Source: Lachnospiraceae bacterium (GTDB taxonomy: Bacteria > Bacillota > Clostridia > Lachnospirales > Lachnospiraceae). Taken from it: DNA of 41,464 nucleotides. Within the stretch, counting starts at the first letter, position 1; each line of letters starts with the position of its first letter. The notes below the pieces were generated by a model. That model was not told the origin of the DNA and searched no databases. It was given only the letters and a program-made list of their open reading frames with translations. The stretch is from the NCBI GenBank assembly GCA_016281085.1, contig JAEEHY010000290.1:1-41464 (forward strand), read 5' to 3'. Both the position numbers and the translations under genes were made by a program. Positions 29,563 through 40,312 of the stretch are shown here, piece by piece.

Positions 29563-30120
29563 ATGAGTACAGACTACATTGACAGGTATATGGAGGAGAC
29601 AATGCAGATTGTCAATACCATAGACAGGAATGAAATTGCAAAGGGGATTGATATTCTTAAGAAGCTGAGGGACGAAGGCGGCCGACTGTTTATCCTTGGC
29701 GTAGGAGGAAGTGCAGCCAATGCATCGCATGCGGTGAATGATTTCCGCAAGATAGGCGGTATAGAAACTTATGCTCCGACAGACAATGTTTCCGAGCTTA
29801 CGGCACGCACCAATGACGAAGGATGGGAAACGACATTTGCGGAATGGCTTAAGACATCCAGAGTAAACGACAAAGACTGCATTATGGTATTTTCGGTAGG
29901 CGGAGGATCGGAGACAACCAGTCTCAATATTGTAAATGCACTTAAGCTTTCCAAGGAGAGAGGGGCAAAGGTTATCTCCATCGTATCAAGAACCGGCGGC
30001 TATTCGAAGCAGGTCAGTGATGCATGTGTCCTTATTCCGGTGGTAAGTGAGGAGAGGATCACACCCCATGCCGAAGGGTGGCAGGGAGTCGTATGGCATC
30101 TGATGGTCAATGCACTATAA
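29563..30120 (+). CDS. gmhA: SIS-domain phosphoheptose isomerase
   Basis: 185 aa with GVGGSAANASHAVNDF and SVGGGS SIS motifs. AAGGAGGG RBS. Confidence 0.85.
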   Translation: MSTDYIDRYMEETMQIVNTIDRNEIAKGIDILKKLRDEGGRLFILGVGGSAANASHAVNDFRKIGGIETYAPTDNVSELTARTNDEGWETTFAEWLKTSRVNDKDCIMVFSVGGGSETTSLNIVNALKLSKERGAKVISIVSRTGGYSKQVSDACVLIPVVSEERITPHAEGWQGVVWHLMVNAL

Positions 30121-30152
30121 TAAGTGCGAAGCACGGAACAATCCGTATTATA

Positions 30153-30180
30153 TTGATGTATGATGTATGATGTATATAAT
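30153..30180 (+). promoter_or_regulatory. Possible internal promoter embedded in a 3x GATGTAT heptamer repeat
   Basis: TTGATG, 16 nt, TATAAT, about 40 nt upstream of the transaldolase ATG. Confidence 0.35.
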
Positions 30181-30218
30181 AAAACCTCGAGGGGTAATAG
30201 ACAGAAGGGAGTATAGGT

Positions 30219-30938
30219 ATGAAGTTTGAAGATCTTAAGGTAACAGTGTATGCGGACGGGGCAGATATCGAAGCAATGAAGGAAGAGTACAGGAAGGGAT
30301 ATGTTAAGGGGTTTACGACCAATCCCACGCTTATGAAGAAGGCCGGAGTTAAGGATTACGTTACATTCGCAAAGGAAGCGGTAAAAGAGATCCCCGATCT
30401 TCCTTTATCATTTGAAGTGTTTGCTGATGATTTTGATACAATGGAAAAGGAAGCGGAATACATTTCTTCCCTTGGAAATAATGTGTACGTTAAAATACCG
30501 ATCACCAATTCCAAAGGAGAATCGAGTGTTCCTCTTATTAAAAAGCTTTCGTCAAAAGGAATTAAGATAAATGCAACTGCAATACTGACTCTTGAGCAGG
30601 TTCGCTCGGTGGTGGATGCATTTGCCGAAGGTACCGAAAACATAGTTTCCGTATTTGCGGGAAGGATATTGGATACCGGTGTGGATGCTGTGCCTGTAAT
30701 GAAAGAGGTTACCGAAATATGCAAGGCAAAACCCGGTACACTGTCCCTGTGGGCCAGCTGTCGCGAACTGTATAATATAATCCAGGCAGACCAGTGCGGT
30801 ACTGATATAATAACCGTAACCAACAACATCCTTGCCAAGCTTCCGAACCTTGGAAAGGATCTTACACAGCTGTCCCTGGAAACAGTTCAGATGTTTGTGA
30901 ATGACGGAAAGAGTCTCGGATATTCCATTTTAAAATAA
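30219..30938 (+). CDS. Transaldolase-family protein (short TalC/FSA-like class)
   Basis: 239 aa with the GFTTNPTL motif and a Schiff-base lysine context (NVYVKIPIT). AGGGAG RBS. Confidence 0.8.
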   Translation: MKFEDLKVTVYADGADIEAMKEEYRKGYVKGFTTNPTLMKKAGVKDYVTFAKEAVKEIPDLPLSFEVFADDFDTMEKEAEYISSLGNNVYVKIPITNSKGESSVPLIKKLSSKGIKINATAILTLEQVRSVVDAFAEGTENIVSVFAGRILDTGVDAVPVMKEVTEICKAKPGTLSLWASCRELYNIIQADQCGTDIITVTNNILAKLPNLGKDLTQLSLETVQMFVNDGKSLGYSILK

Positions 30939-31044
30939 GTATGTTTTTATTGTCTCTGAATCTGAATCCGATGCCATGATCTGCGCTTGTTCCTGATTTA
31001 GTACAAGATTTTTAAATAAAAATAAAAAAAATCGCGATTATAAT

Positions 31045-31072
31045 TTGACAAATAAAAAAAAAACGCTATAAT
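31045..31072 (+). promoter_or_regulatory. Consensus sigma-A promoter (TTGACA, 16 nt, TATAAT) with flanking A-tracts
   Basis: Both hexamers match the consensus exactly, the surrounding sequence is A-rich, and it lies about 80 nt upstream of the Lys/Ala-rich protein gene. Confidence 0.65.
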
Positions 31073-31151
31073 ACTGTATATCGTATACAAATTGTTTTAT
31101 TTTACAATAGTTATAAATATTTTTGCGGTGAGAAGTGGAAAGGAGATTGAC

Positions 31152-31556
31152 ATGGCAGAAGTTAAGAAACCTGTAGCAGTTGCTAAGAAAGCTGACGAAG
31201 TTAAGACTGATGCAGTTGAAGCTAAGGTAGAAGCAGCAGCAAAGAAGGCTACAGCAGCTAAGAAGACAGCAGTAAAGAAGGCAGCAGCTCCCAAGAAGGC
31301 AGCAACAGCTAAGGCAGCAGCTCCCAAGAAAGCAGCAGCTCCCAAGAAGGCAGCAGCTCCTAAGAAAGCAGCAGCAGCTAAGGCAGCTGATGTAGTTATC
31401 AAGATCGAGTTCAACGGACAGCAGGTAGATCTCAATGATCTGAAGGCACGTGTAGCTAAAGAGGCAGGTAATGATGCAGTAGCATACTACAACGTTAACG
31501 AAGGAAAGGTATATTGCACAGTTAACGGAGAGCCTAAGGGAGATTTCGAGGTTTAA
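31152..31556 (+). CDS. Small basic protein: histone-H1-like AAAPKK repeats plus a roughly 55-aa C-terminal globular domain
   Basis: AAGGAG lies 6 nt before the ATG at 31152; the ORF-track start at 31092 has no RBS. The sequence MAEVKKPVAVAKK...(AAAPKK)n... is followed by VVIKIEFNGQQVDLNDLKARV...VYCTVNGEPKGDFEV. Confidence 0.75.
   Translation: MAEVKKPVAVAKKADEVKTDAVEAKVEAAAKKATAAKKTAVKKAAAPKKAATAKAAAPKKAAAPKKAAAPKKAAAAKAADVVIKIEFNGQQVDLNDLKARVAKEAGNDAVAYYNVNEGKVYCTVNGEPKGDFEV
31281..31382 (+). repeat. In-frame tandem 18-bp (and 15-bp variant) coding repeats encoding AAAPKK / AATAK
   Basis: gcagcagctcccaagaa(g/a) occurs at 31281, 31314, 31332 and 31350 (the last with one change, cct for ccc), with gcagca(a/g)cagctaag variants between and after. 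Confidence 0.9.
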
Positions 31557-31583
31557 TCCCTGAATAGTATATAAGTAAAGATT

Positions 31584-31620
31584 GCAGCATCGGTTGGGAT
31601 GACCGGTGCTGTTTTTTTGT
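31584..31620 (+). terminator. Rho-independent terminator after the Lys/Ala-rich protein gene
   Basis: gcagcatcggt-tgggatg-accggtgctg stem (one G-U pair) followed by tttttttgttttttt. Confidence 0.8.
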
Positions 31621-31645
31621 TTTTTTCGAAAAATCATTTTTTTTC

Positions 31646-31674
31646 TTGACATAAATCATAGTCAGTGCTATCTT
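31646..31674 (+). promoter_or_regulatory. Promoter of the hrcA operon
   Basis: TTGACA, 17 nt, TATCTT, directly upstream of the CIRCE operator. Confidence 0.6.
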
Positions 31675-31685
31675 ATCTATAGATG

Positions 31686-31712
31686 TTAGCACTCCATGAA
31701 GTTGAGTGCTAA
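31686..31712 (+). promoter_or_regulatory. CIRCE operator (HrcA binding site)
   Basis: TTAGCACTC-N9-GAGTGCTAA is a perfect match to the CIRCE consensus, 45 nt upstream of the hrcA start. Confidence 0.97.
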
Positions 31713-31756
31713 TAACAGAAGAAGATATATATATCGGAAGGGAGGTATAACCCATC

Positions 31757-32818
31757 GTGGAACTGAGTGGCAGACAGGAAACGATATTGTTGACGATCAT
31801 TAAGACGTATCTTGATACAGGGGAACCGGTTGGTTCTAGAACCATATCGAAATACACCGATCTTAATCTGAGTTCGGCAACTATACGTAATGAAATGGCT
31901 GATCTTGAGGAGATGGGTTATATAATGCAGCCGCACACTTCGGCAGGACGTATCCCTTCGGATAAAGGATACAGGTTTTATGTGGATCACCTGATGGCCG
32001 ATAAGGAGCGTGAGGTCGATGAGATGAAGGAAATTCTCATTGAGAAGGCGGACAAGATGGAACAGGTGCTTAAGCAGATAGCCAAGTCATTGTCGGTCAA
32101 TACCAATTATGCGGCGATGATATCCGCACCCAGATATCATCAGAACAAGCTGAAGTTCATACAGCTGTCCCGCATGGGTGACGATCAGATAGTAGCAGTG
32201 ATCGTGGTTGAAGGAAACATTATTAAGAATGAGATCATAGATGTTGAGCAGCTTCTTGATGATGAGACATTACTTAAGCTTAATATATTGTTGAATACAA
32301 ATCTTAACGGATTGTCCATCGAGGAGATATCCCTGGGTACCATCCAGAAGATGAAGGAGCAGGCGGGTATCCACTCGGAGGTCATCAGCAACGTTATAGA
32401 TGCTGTGGGTGAAGCAATTAAGGCTGATGAAGATCTTGAGATTTATACCAGCGGTGCAAACAATATATTCAGGTATCCGGAGCTGTCGGATCACGAAAGA
32501 GCCAGTGAGATAATCTCGGCATTTGAAGAGAAGAAACAGTTATCGGATATCGTATATGAAACATTATCCAATCAGGACGGTGACAGCAGCGGCATTCAGG
32601 TTTTTATAGGAGAGGAATCACCGGTACAGAATATGAAGGATTGCAGTGTCGTAACCGCAACGTACGAGCTTGAAGAAGGAATGCAGGGGACGATAGGTAT
32701 AATCGGACCTAAGCGTATGGATTATGACAAGGTTGTCAAGACGCTTAAGTCGTTAACCAGTCAGCTTGATTCTATATATAAGAAGAAAGACAAAAAAGTA
32801 AAGAAAACGGACGGGTAG
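31757..32818 (+). CDS. hrcA: Heat-inducible transcription repressor HrcA
   Basis: GTG start after GGGAGG. N-terminal LSGRQETILLTIIKTYLDTGEPVGSRTISK winged helix, and first position in the hrcA-grpE-dnaK-dnaJ order. Confidence 0.95.
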   Translation: MELSGRQETILLTIIKTYLDTGEPVGSRTISKYTDLNLSSATIRNEMADLEEMGYIMQPHTSAGRIPSDKGYRFYVDHLMADKEREVDEMKEILIEKADKMEQVLKQIAKSLSVNTNYAAMISAPRYHQNKLKFIQLSRMGDDQIVAVIVVEGNIIKNEIIDVEQLLDDETLLKLNILLNTNLNGLSIEEISLGTIQKMKEQAGIHSEVISNVIDAVGEAIKADEDLEIYTSGANNIFRYPELSDHERASEIISAFEEKKQLSDIVYETLSNQDGDSSGIQVFIGEESPVQNMKDCSVVTATYELEEGMQGTIGIIGPKRMDYDKVVKTLKSLTSQLDSIYKKKDKKVKKTDG

Positions 32819-32839
32819 TCCTGAAAGGAGTGTTATAAA

Positions 32840-33544
32840 TTGGCAGAGATCGAAATAGAAGAAGAGAAGATCAGTAAAGACGAACCGGTTAATGAAGCTG
32901 AGGATGCAGTGCAGGAGACCGGGGAGCAGCCGGGAGATGATATCGCGGACGAAGAGCAGTCCGAAGATACCGGGGATGCCATGGCAGAGGAGGACAGCGA
33001 AGAGACGTCTGAAGATGGAACTCCCGCAGATACCGATGCGGCAGGCGCTTCGGAACCCGAGGGAGGCAAAGAAAAGAAGAAGCTCTTTAAGAAGAATAAA
33101 AAGGATAAGAAGGATGAACAGATAGAGGCCCTTACGGATCAGGTCAAGAGGCAGATGGCCGAATTCGACAACTTCCGTAAACGTACCGAGAAGGAGAAAT
33201 CTTCAATGTACGAAATGGGTGCAAGGTCGGTAATCGAGAAGATACTCCCCGTCATCGACAATTTCGAGCGTGGACTTGATACGGTACCTGAAGATGAAAA
33301 GGACTCTCCGTTCGCGGAAGGAATGAGGAAGATATACAAGCAGCTTATGACCGAGCTTGACGGAATGGGAGTTAAGCCCATCGAGGCACTCGGAGCCGAG
33401 TTCAATCCTGATTTCCACAATGCTGTGATGCAGGTGGAGAGTGAGGAATACGAGAGTGGTCATGTAGCCCAGGAATTGCAGAAGGGCTATATGTACAGGG
33501 ACACCGTGGTAAGACACTCAATGGTAGCGGTGGTAAAGGAATAG
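32840..33544 (+). CDS. grpE: Nucleotide exchange factor GrpE
   Basis: TTG start 9 nt after AAAGGAG. Acidic N-terminal extension, then the FDNFRKRTEKE and VLPVIDNFERG signatures. Confidence 0.95.
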   Translation: MAEIEIEEEKISKDEPVNEAEDAVQETGEQPGDDIADEEQSEDTGDAMAEEDSEETSEDGTPADTDAAGASEPEGGKEKKKLFKKNKKDKKDEQIEALTDQVKRQMAEFDNFRKRTEKEKSSMYEMGARSVIEKILPVIDNFERGLDTVPEDEKDSPFAEGMRKIYKQLMTELDGMGVKPIEALGAEFNPDFHNAVMQVESEEYESGHVAQELQKGYMYRDTVVRHSMVAVVKE

Positions 33545-33584
33545 ATTAACACAGAGTATCAGATATTATCTGAAATAACTATGA

Positions 33585-35492
<1,908 letters not shown>

Positions 35493-35580
35493 ACAAAAGA
35501 TGAGTATATAAGGATTACTTGCCCATCTCATTACGGGGTGGGCAGTAGCCTGTTATAAGAAGATTTTAAGAGGTAGTAAA

Positions 35581-36741
35581 ATGGCAGAAGCAAAAAGGGA
35601 TTACTATGAGGTCCTCGGTGTAAACAAGAACGCCGATGAGGCTGAAATAAAAAAAGCATACAGAACGCTTGCGAAGAAGTATCATCCCGATATGAACCCC
35701 GGTGATAAAGAGGCCGAGAAGAAGTTCAAGGAGGCCAGTGAGGCTTATGCGGTTCTGAGCGATCCCGATAAGAAGAGACAGTACGATCAGTTCGGACATG
35801 CTGCTTTTGATGGCGGTTCGGGCGGCTTTGGCAGCGGATTTGACTTTACGGGTGCTGATTTCTCGGATATATTCGGTGATATATTCGGTGATCTGTTTGG
35901 CGCCGGAAGGACAAGAAGCGGCGGCCCAAGCAACGGTCCGATGAAGGGTGCCAATATACGGACCAGTGTAAGGATCACCTTCGAGGAAGCCTTCACAGGT
36001 GTGGATAAGGAAATAGAGCTTACTCTTAAGGATACCTGTACCAACTGTAAGGGCTCCGGGGCAAGACCCGGGACTTCGCCCGAAACCTGTACGAAGTGCG
36101 GTGGAAAGGGTCAGGTTGTATATACTCAGCAGTCGCTGTTCGGAATGGTGCGTAATGTTTCCACATGCCCGGATTGTCATGGAAGCGGTAAGGTGGTTAA
36201 GGATAAGTGTCCTGAATGTCATGGAACCGGATATATTTCGAACAGGAAGAAGATACAGGTTACTATCCCGCCCGGAATTGATAACGGGCAGAGTGTCCGT
36301 ATCCGCGAAAAAGGTGAGCCCGGTATCAACGGCGGTCCGAGAGGCGATCTGCTGGTAGAGGTGGTTATACAGCGCCATCCCATCTTTCAGAGAAATGATA
36401 TGGATGTCTATTCGACTGCACCCATATCATATGCAATAGCCGCTCTCGGAGGAGAGGTACTTATAGATACTGTGGATGGCAAAGTTATATATGAAGTTAA
36501 GGCAGGTACACAGACAGATACCAGGGTACGCCTTAAGGGCAAGGGAATGCCTTCTCTGCGCAATAAACAGGTGAGAGGTGACCATTACGTGACTCTGGTT
36601 GTACAGGTACCTGATCATCTGAGCTCAGAAGCCAGGGAACTGCTTAAGGAGTTTGACAAGGTAACCGGTGACACTCTTCATGCTGCGTCTGATCAGACGG
36701 AGAACAAGGATAAGAAGAAAAAGGGATTTTGGAACAAGTAG
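35581..36741 (+). CDS. dnaJ: Molecular chaperone DnaJ (Hsp40, type I)
   Basis: J-domain with [10 protein letters not shown], a Gly/Phe-rich region and four CxxCxGxG zinc-finger repeats. Confidence 0.98.
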   Translation: MAEAKRDYYEVLGVNKNADEAEIKKAYRTLAKKYHPDMNPGDKEAEKKFKEASEAYAVLSDPDKKRQYDQFGHAAFDGGSGGFGSGFDFTGADFSDIFGDIFGDLFGAGRTRSGGPSNGPMKGANIRTSVRITFEEAFTGVDKEIELTLKDTCTNCKGSGARPGTSPETCTKCGGKGQVVYTQQSLFGMVRNVSTCPDCHGSGKVVKDKCPECHGTGYISNRKKIQVTIPPGIDNGQSVRIREKGEPGINGGPRGDLLVEVVIQRHPIFQRNDMDVYSTAPISYAIAALGGEVLIDTVDGKVIYEVKAGTQTDTRVRLKGKGMPSLRNKQVRGDHYVTLVVQVPDHLSSEARELLKEFDKVTGDTLHAASDQTENKDKKKKGFWNK

Positions 36742-36769
36742 AGTGTATAAAACCATAAATGAAAAATAA

Positions 36770-36812
36770 GCTGCACATAAGAGGTTGATATCTTATGTGC
36801 GGCTTTTTTTTT
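36770..36812 (+). terminator. Rho-independent terminator after dnaJ
   Basis: gctgcacataag / cttatgtgcggc gives a 12-bp stem (one G-U pair) followed by ttttttttt. Confidence 0.85.
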
Positions 36813-36909
36813 GGATGCTTCTGATTCCATAGAATAGCGATTTCATCAGAAATTCAGTATTCGTATTGGACCAGGCTCTGCTGAAATACTGTGAAGCGTT
36901 CGACTTTAG

Positions 36910-36938
36910 TTGCTTTATTCCGGTAAATATTCTATAAT
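36910..36938 (+). promoter_or_regulatory. Putative promoter for the DUF3048-manC unit
   Basis: TTGCTT, 17 nt, TATAAT, about 50 nt upstream of the ATG at 36987. Confidence 0.5.
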
Positions 36939-36986
36939 CAAATACGTTGATTTGAACAGCTGATATTTTATGGAGATCATATACAG

Positions 36987-38174
36987 ATGAAATCAATAAA
37001 GAAGATAAGAATATGTACATATTCCGTTATAATAGCTTTTTTTATTGCGGCATTTGCGATCATCGTGAACGCATATTCAGGAGCGGATGCGGAAGATATT
37101 GCCTCCGTGTCGGATGATGACAGTACCGTCACACAGGCAGAGCCGACAGGAAGACCTACGCCTGAGCCGACCAAGGCACCCTCGACTGATGAAGATACGG
37201 AAGAAAAAGAGGATAACGGACTTAAGGAAGGACAGATGAGGAGTTATCTTTCGGGACTTCCGGTTGATGAAGAGATAGGAAAAAGAAGACCTATAGCAGT
37301 AATGCTTAACAACCTTAAGGCAGCCCAGCCCATGTGCAGCATTTCCGAGGCGGAGGTTGTATATGAATATGTCGTGGAAGGTTCGATCACGAGGCTGATG
37401 GCACTGTTTGATGATTACGAGCATCTCGATAAGATAGGTTCTGTAAGAAGCTGTCGTGAGTATTTTGTATATACGGCTCTTGAATTTGATGCAATATACT
37501 GTCATTACGGTCAGGCAGCCTATGCGGTGGATCTGCTGAACAGCGATTATGTCGATAATCTTAACGGACTGGGTAAGGAAGGAGATACGGTTTACTACAG
37601 GACGACTGACAGGAAGGCTCCTCATAACGCATATACGAGTGCGGAGGGTATAGATGCCGGAATAGAAATGATGGGCTACAGACGTAATCTTTATGAGGAT
37701 TATCAGGGCAAGTTCAAATTCTGTGATCTGGATAAGACTGTTACCAATGAGAACGGAATGGACATTACTCATATGGAGCCCAATTATAAGATAAACAAAC
37801 CCTGGTTTGATTATGATAAGGAAAGAGAACAGTACGGACGTTACCAGTATGACGGACCTCAGATAGATGAGCTTACCGGCGAGCAGCTGTTTTATGACAA
37901 TGTTATCTTCCAGTATAACAACTGGGCTCAGCTTGATGAAAAGGATTATCTGGCTTTTGACTGTCATTCGGGTGGAGTTATACAATATTTTACCAAGGGA
38001 AAGATGGTCGTAGGAACATGGATGCGTGATGCCAAGAGAGCGCATGACGGTAATTATGATCTGTGTCCCATAAGATATTTCGATCTTCAGGGTAATGAGA
38101 TAGAGATAAACAACGGTAAGACCTTCATATGCGTAATACAGAACACAGAAATTGAAAATATAGTTATTGAATAG
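36987..38174 (+). CDS. DUF3048 (YerB-like) secreted/anchored protein
   Basis: N-terminal hydrophobic anchor and a Pro/Thr/Glu linker, followed by RPIAVMLNN...EAEVVYEYVVEGSITRLMALF, which is typical of the DUF3048 family as I recall it. Confidence 0.7.
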   Translation: MKSIKKIRICTYSVIIAFFIAAFAIIVNAYSGADAEDIASVSDDDSTVTQAEPTGRPTPEPTKAPSTDEDTEEKEDNGLKEGQMRSYLSGLPVDEEIGKRRPIAVMLNNLKAAQPMCSISEAEVVYEYVVEGSITRLMALFDDYEHLDKIGSVRSCREYFVYTALEFDAIYCHYGQAAYAVDLLNSDYVDNLNGLGKEGDTVYYRTTDRKAPHNAYTSAEGIDAGIEMMGYRRNLYEDYQGKFKFCDLDKTVTNENGMDITHMEPNYKINKPWFDYDKEREQYGRYQYDGPQIDELTGEQLFYDNVIFQYNNWAQLDEKDYLAFDCHSGGVIQYFTKGKMVVGTWMRDAKRAHDGNYDLCPIRYFDLQGNEIEINNGKTFICVIQNTEIENIVIE

Positions 38175-38185
38175 GAGGAACCATT

Positions 38186-39265
38186 ATGCGAAGCATGAAA
38201 AATACAGCGCTTATTATGGCAGGAGGACGCGGAGAGCGCTTCTGGCCACGCAGCAGAAAGAACCTTCCCAAGCAGTTTCTGTCGTTTACGGACAGTGGGA
38301 AAACAATGATCCAGCTTACGGTTGAGCGTATACTGCCTCTGGTTGATATCGAGGATGTCTATGTTGCTACCAACAGGGATTACAAGCCCCTTGTTAAGGA
38401 ACAGCTGCCCGGAATTCCTGACGCGAATATACTGTGTGAACCTGTCGGAAGGAATACTGCGCCCTGTATCGGTCTTGGGGCAATGCATATATCAACCAAA
38501 TATGATGATGCCGTAATGATGGTACTTGCATCCGATCATCTGATAAAGGATACGGACAGGTTCCGCAGCGTGGTTGAGAGTGCCTGTGAAGTGGCATCAC
38601 AGGGCAGCAATCTGGTCACGATAGGCATTAAGCCCAATTATCCGGAAACAGGTTACGGATATATCAAGTTCCTGCCGGATGAAAAGAATGAAGATGCCTA
38701 CAGGGTAGACCGTTTTGTTGAGAAACCGGAGCTTGAGGTTGCCAGGGAATATCTTAAATCCGGAGATTATTTATGGAACAGCGGTATGTTTGTGTGGAAG
38801 GTCTCCACTGTGCTTGAGGCATTTAAGGGATTCCTTCCATCCACATACAAGGGTCTTCTGGACATTAAGGCATCTATTGGGAAAGATGACGAAGATAAGG
38901 TTCTGGAGGAGGTATTCCCCACGCTTGAATCCATTTCGGTTGATTACGGTATAATGGAGAAGGCAGAGAGTATATATACTATTCCCGGGGATTTCGGATG
39001 GGATGATGTCGGATCATGGCTCGCTGTTTCCCGCATAAAATCATGCGATGAAGACAACAATATCGTGAATGGGAATGCGGTTGTTATAGATACAAAGGAT
39101 TGTATAATCGAAGCATCTGACAAGCTTATAGCAGCCGTGGGCCTTAAGGACATAATAATAGTAGATACGGAAGATGCCACTCTTATCTGTGATAAGGAGA
39201 GTACGGCAGATATTAAGAAGGTGCTTGCGAAGCTGAGAGAGAGTAAGAAGGATAAGTACCTGTGA
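38186..39265 (+). CDS. manC: Mannose-1-phosphate guanylyltransferase (short, nucleotidyltransferase-only form)
   Basis: AGGAGG RBS. Contains LIMAGGRGERFWPRSRKNLPKQF, EPVGRNTAPCI and SGDYLWNSGMFVWK motifs. Confidence 0.85.
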   Translation: MRSMKNTALIMAGGRGERFWPRSRKNLPKQFLSFTDSGKTMIQLTVERILPLVDIEDVYVATNRDYKPLVKEQLPGIPDANILCEPVGRNTAPCIGLGAMHISTKYDDAVMMVLASDHLIKDTDRFRSVVESACEVASQGSNLVTIGIKPNYPETGYGYIKFLPDEKNEDAYRVDRFVEKPELEVAREYLKSGDYLWNSGMFVWKVSTVLEAFKGFLPSTYKGLLDIKASIGKDDEDKVLEEVFPTLESISVDYGIMEKAESIYTIPGDFGWDDVGSWLAVSRIKSCDEDNNIVNGNAVVIDTKDCIIEASDKLIAAVGLKDIIIVDTEDATLICDKESTADIKKVLAKLRESKKDKYL

Positions 39266-39342
39266 TGAGTCTTATCCGGCAGGTTAAAGGGAACATGGAT
39301 ATTCAGGTTCGATCAGCCTGAAGGCAGTATAAAGGAAGATAT

Positions 39343-40296
39343 ATGAAATTTAACAAATATACAATAAAGACAACTACCGAAGCAGAGGACATTATCAGCA
39401 GTTCCTTAATGGATCTCGGGATAGAGGGCGTAGAGATAGAGGACAGGGTGCCGCTTACGGAACAGGAGAAGGCGGCTATGTTTGTTGATATCCTTCCGCA
39501 GGGCGAGGATGATAACGGGATCGCATATCTTAATTTCTATCTTAATGCCGACGAGGATAATACGGGTCTTCTTGAAGAGGTCAGACAGGAGCTTGAAGAT
39601 ATAAAGGGTTATATGGATGCCGGTGACTGTACGATCGAATGTACCGAGCTTGAGGATACTGACTATATAAACAACTGGAAGCAGTATTTCCACCAGTTTT
39701 ACGTTGATGATATACTTATCATACCCTCATGGGAGGAGGTAAGCCCCGAGGATGAGGATAAGATGATAATCCACATCGATCCGGGTACAGCGTTCGGTAC
39801 GGGTATGCATGAGACCACGCAGCTGTGTATACGTCAGCTCAGAAAGTATGTTAATAAGGATACGGCGTTGCTTGATGTGGGTACCGGAAGTGGTATATTG
39901 TCGATAATGGCGTATAAGTTCGGAGCTTCCTGTGCTGTTGGTACCGATCTCGATCCCTGCACCATAGAGGCAGTACAGGATAATATGGAGAGTAACGGTC
40001 TGTCTGAAGCAGGCTTTAAGCTTATCATAGGAAATATAATTGACAGTAAGGAAATACAGGATGAAGTGGGATATGACAAGTATGACATAGTCACAGCCAA
40101 TATACTTGCCGATGTACTGATACCGCTGACGCCGGTTATATTGAATCATATTAAAACGGGAGGAATATATATAACCTCCGGAATAATAGAAGACAAGGAA
40201 CAGGAAGTAACGGAAGCGGTTAAGGAAGCAGGCTTTGAAGTGCTTGAAGTCAACCATCAGGGTGAATGGGTAAGCATAACAGCCAGGAAGTCCTGA
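39343..40296 (+). CDS. prmA: Ribosomal protein L11 methyltransferase
   Basis: 317 aa with IDPGTAFGTGMHETTQLC and LDVGTGSGILSI SAM motifs. Lies downstream of the dnaJ region, as in Bacillus synteny. Confidence 0.92.
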   Translation: MKFNKYTIKTTTEAEDIISSSLMDLGIEGVEIEDRVPLTEQEKAAMFVDILPQGEDDNGIAYLNFYLNADEDNTGLLEEVRQELEDIKGYMDAGDCTIECTELEDTDYINNWKQYFHQFYVDDILIIPSWEEVSPEDEDKMIIHIDPGTAFGTGMHETTQLCIRQLRKYVNKDTALLDVGTGSGILSIMAYKFGASCAVGTDLDPCTIEAVQDNMESNGLSEAGFKLIIGNIIDSKEIQDEVGYDKYDIVTANILADVLIPLTPVILNHIKTGGIYITSGIIEDKEQEVTEAVKEAGFEVLEVNHQGEWVSITARKS

Positions 40297-40312
40297 ATGG
40301 GAACGGTAGAAA

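Noticed and set aside
31038-31652. 204-aa Cys/Leu-rich minus-strand ORF (CCLLGSCC repeats)
   Set aside because: It is the reverse-complement reading of the AAAPKK (gcagcagctcccaagaag) repeats. The plus-strand gene has the promoter, RBS and terminator.
37077-38045. 322-aa minus-strand ORF antisense to the DUF3048 gene. The antisense ORFs at 35566-36378 (dnaJ), 39727-40350 (prmA) and 1512-2018 are similar.
   Set aside because: These are shadow ORFs within well-supported genes on the opposite strand. None has an RBS or a recognisable motif.
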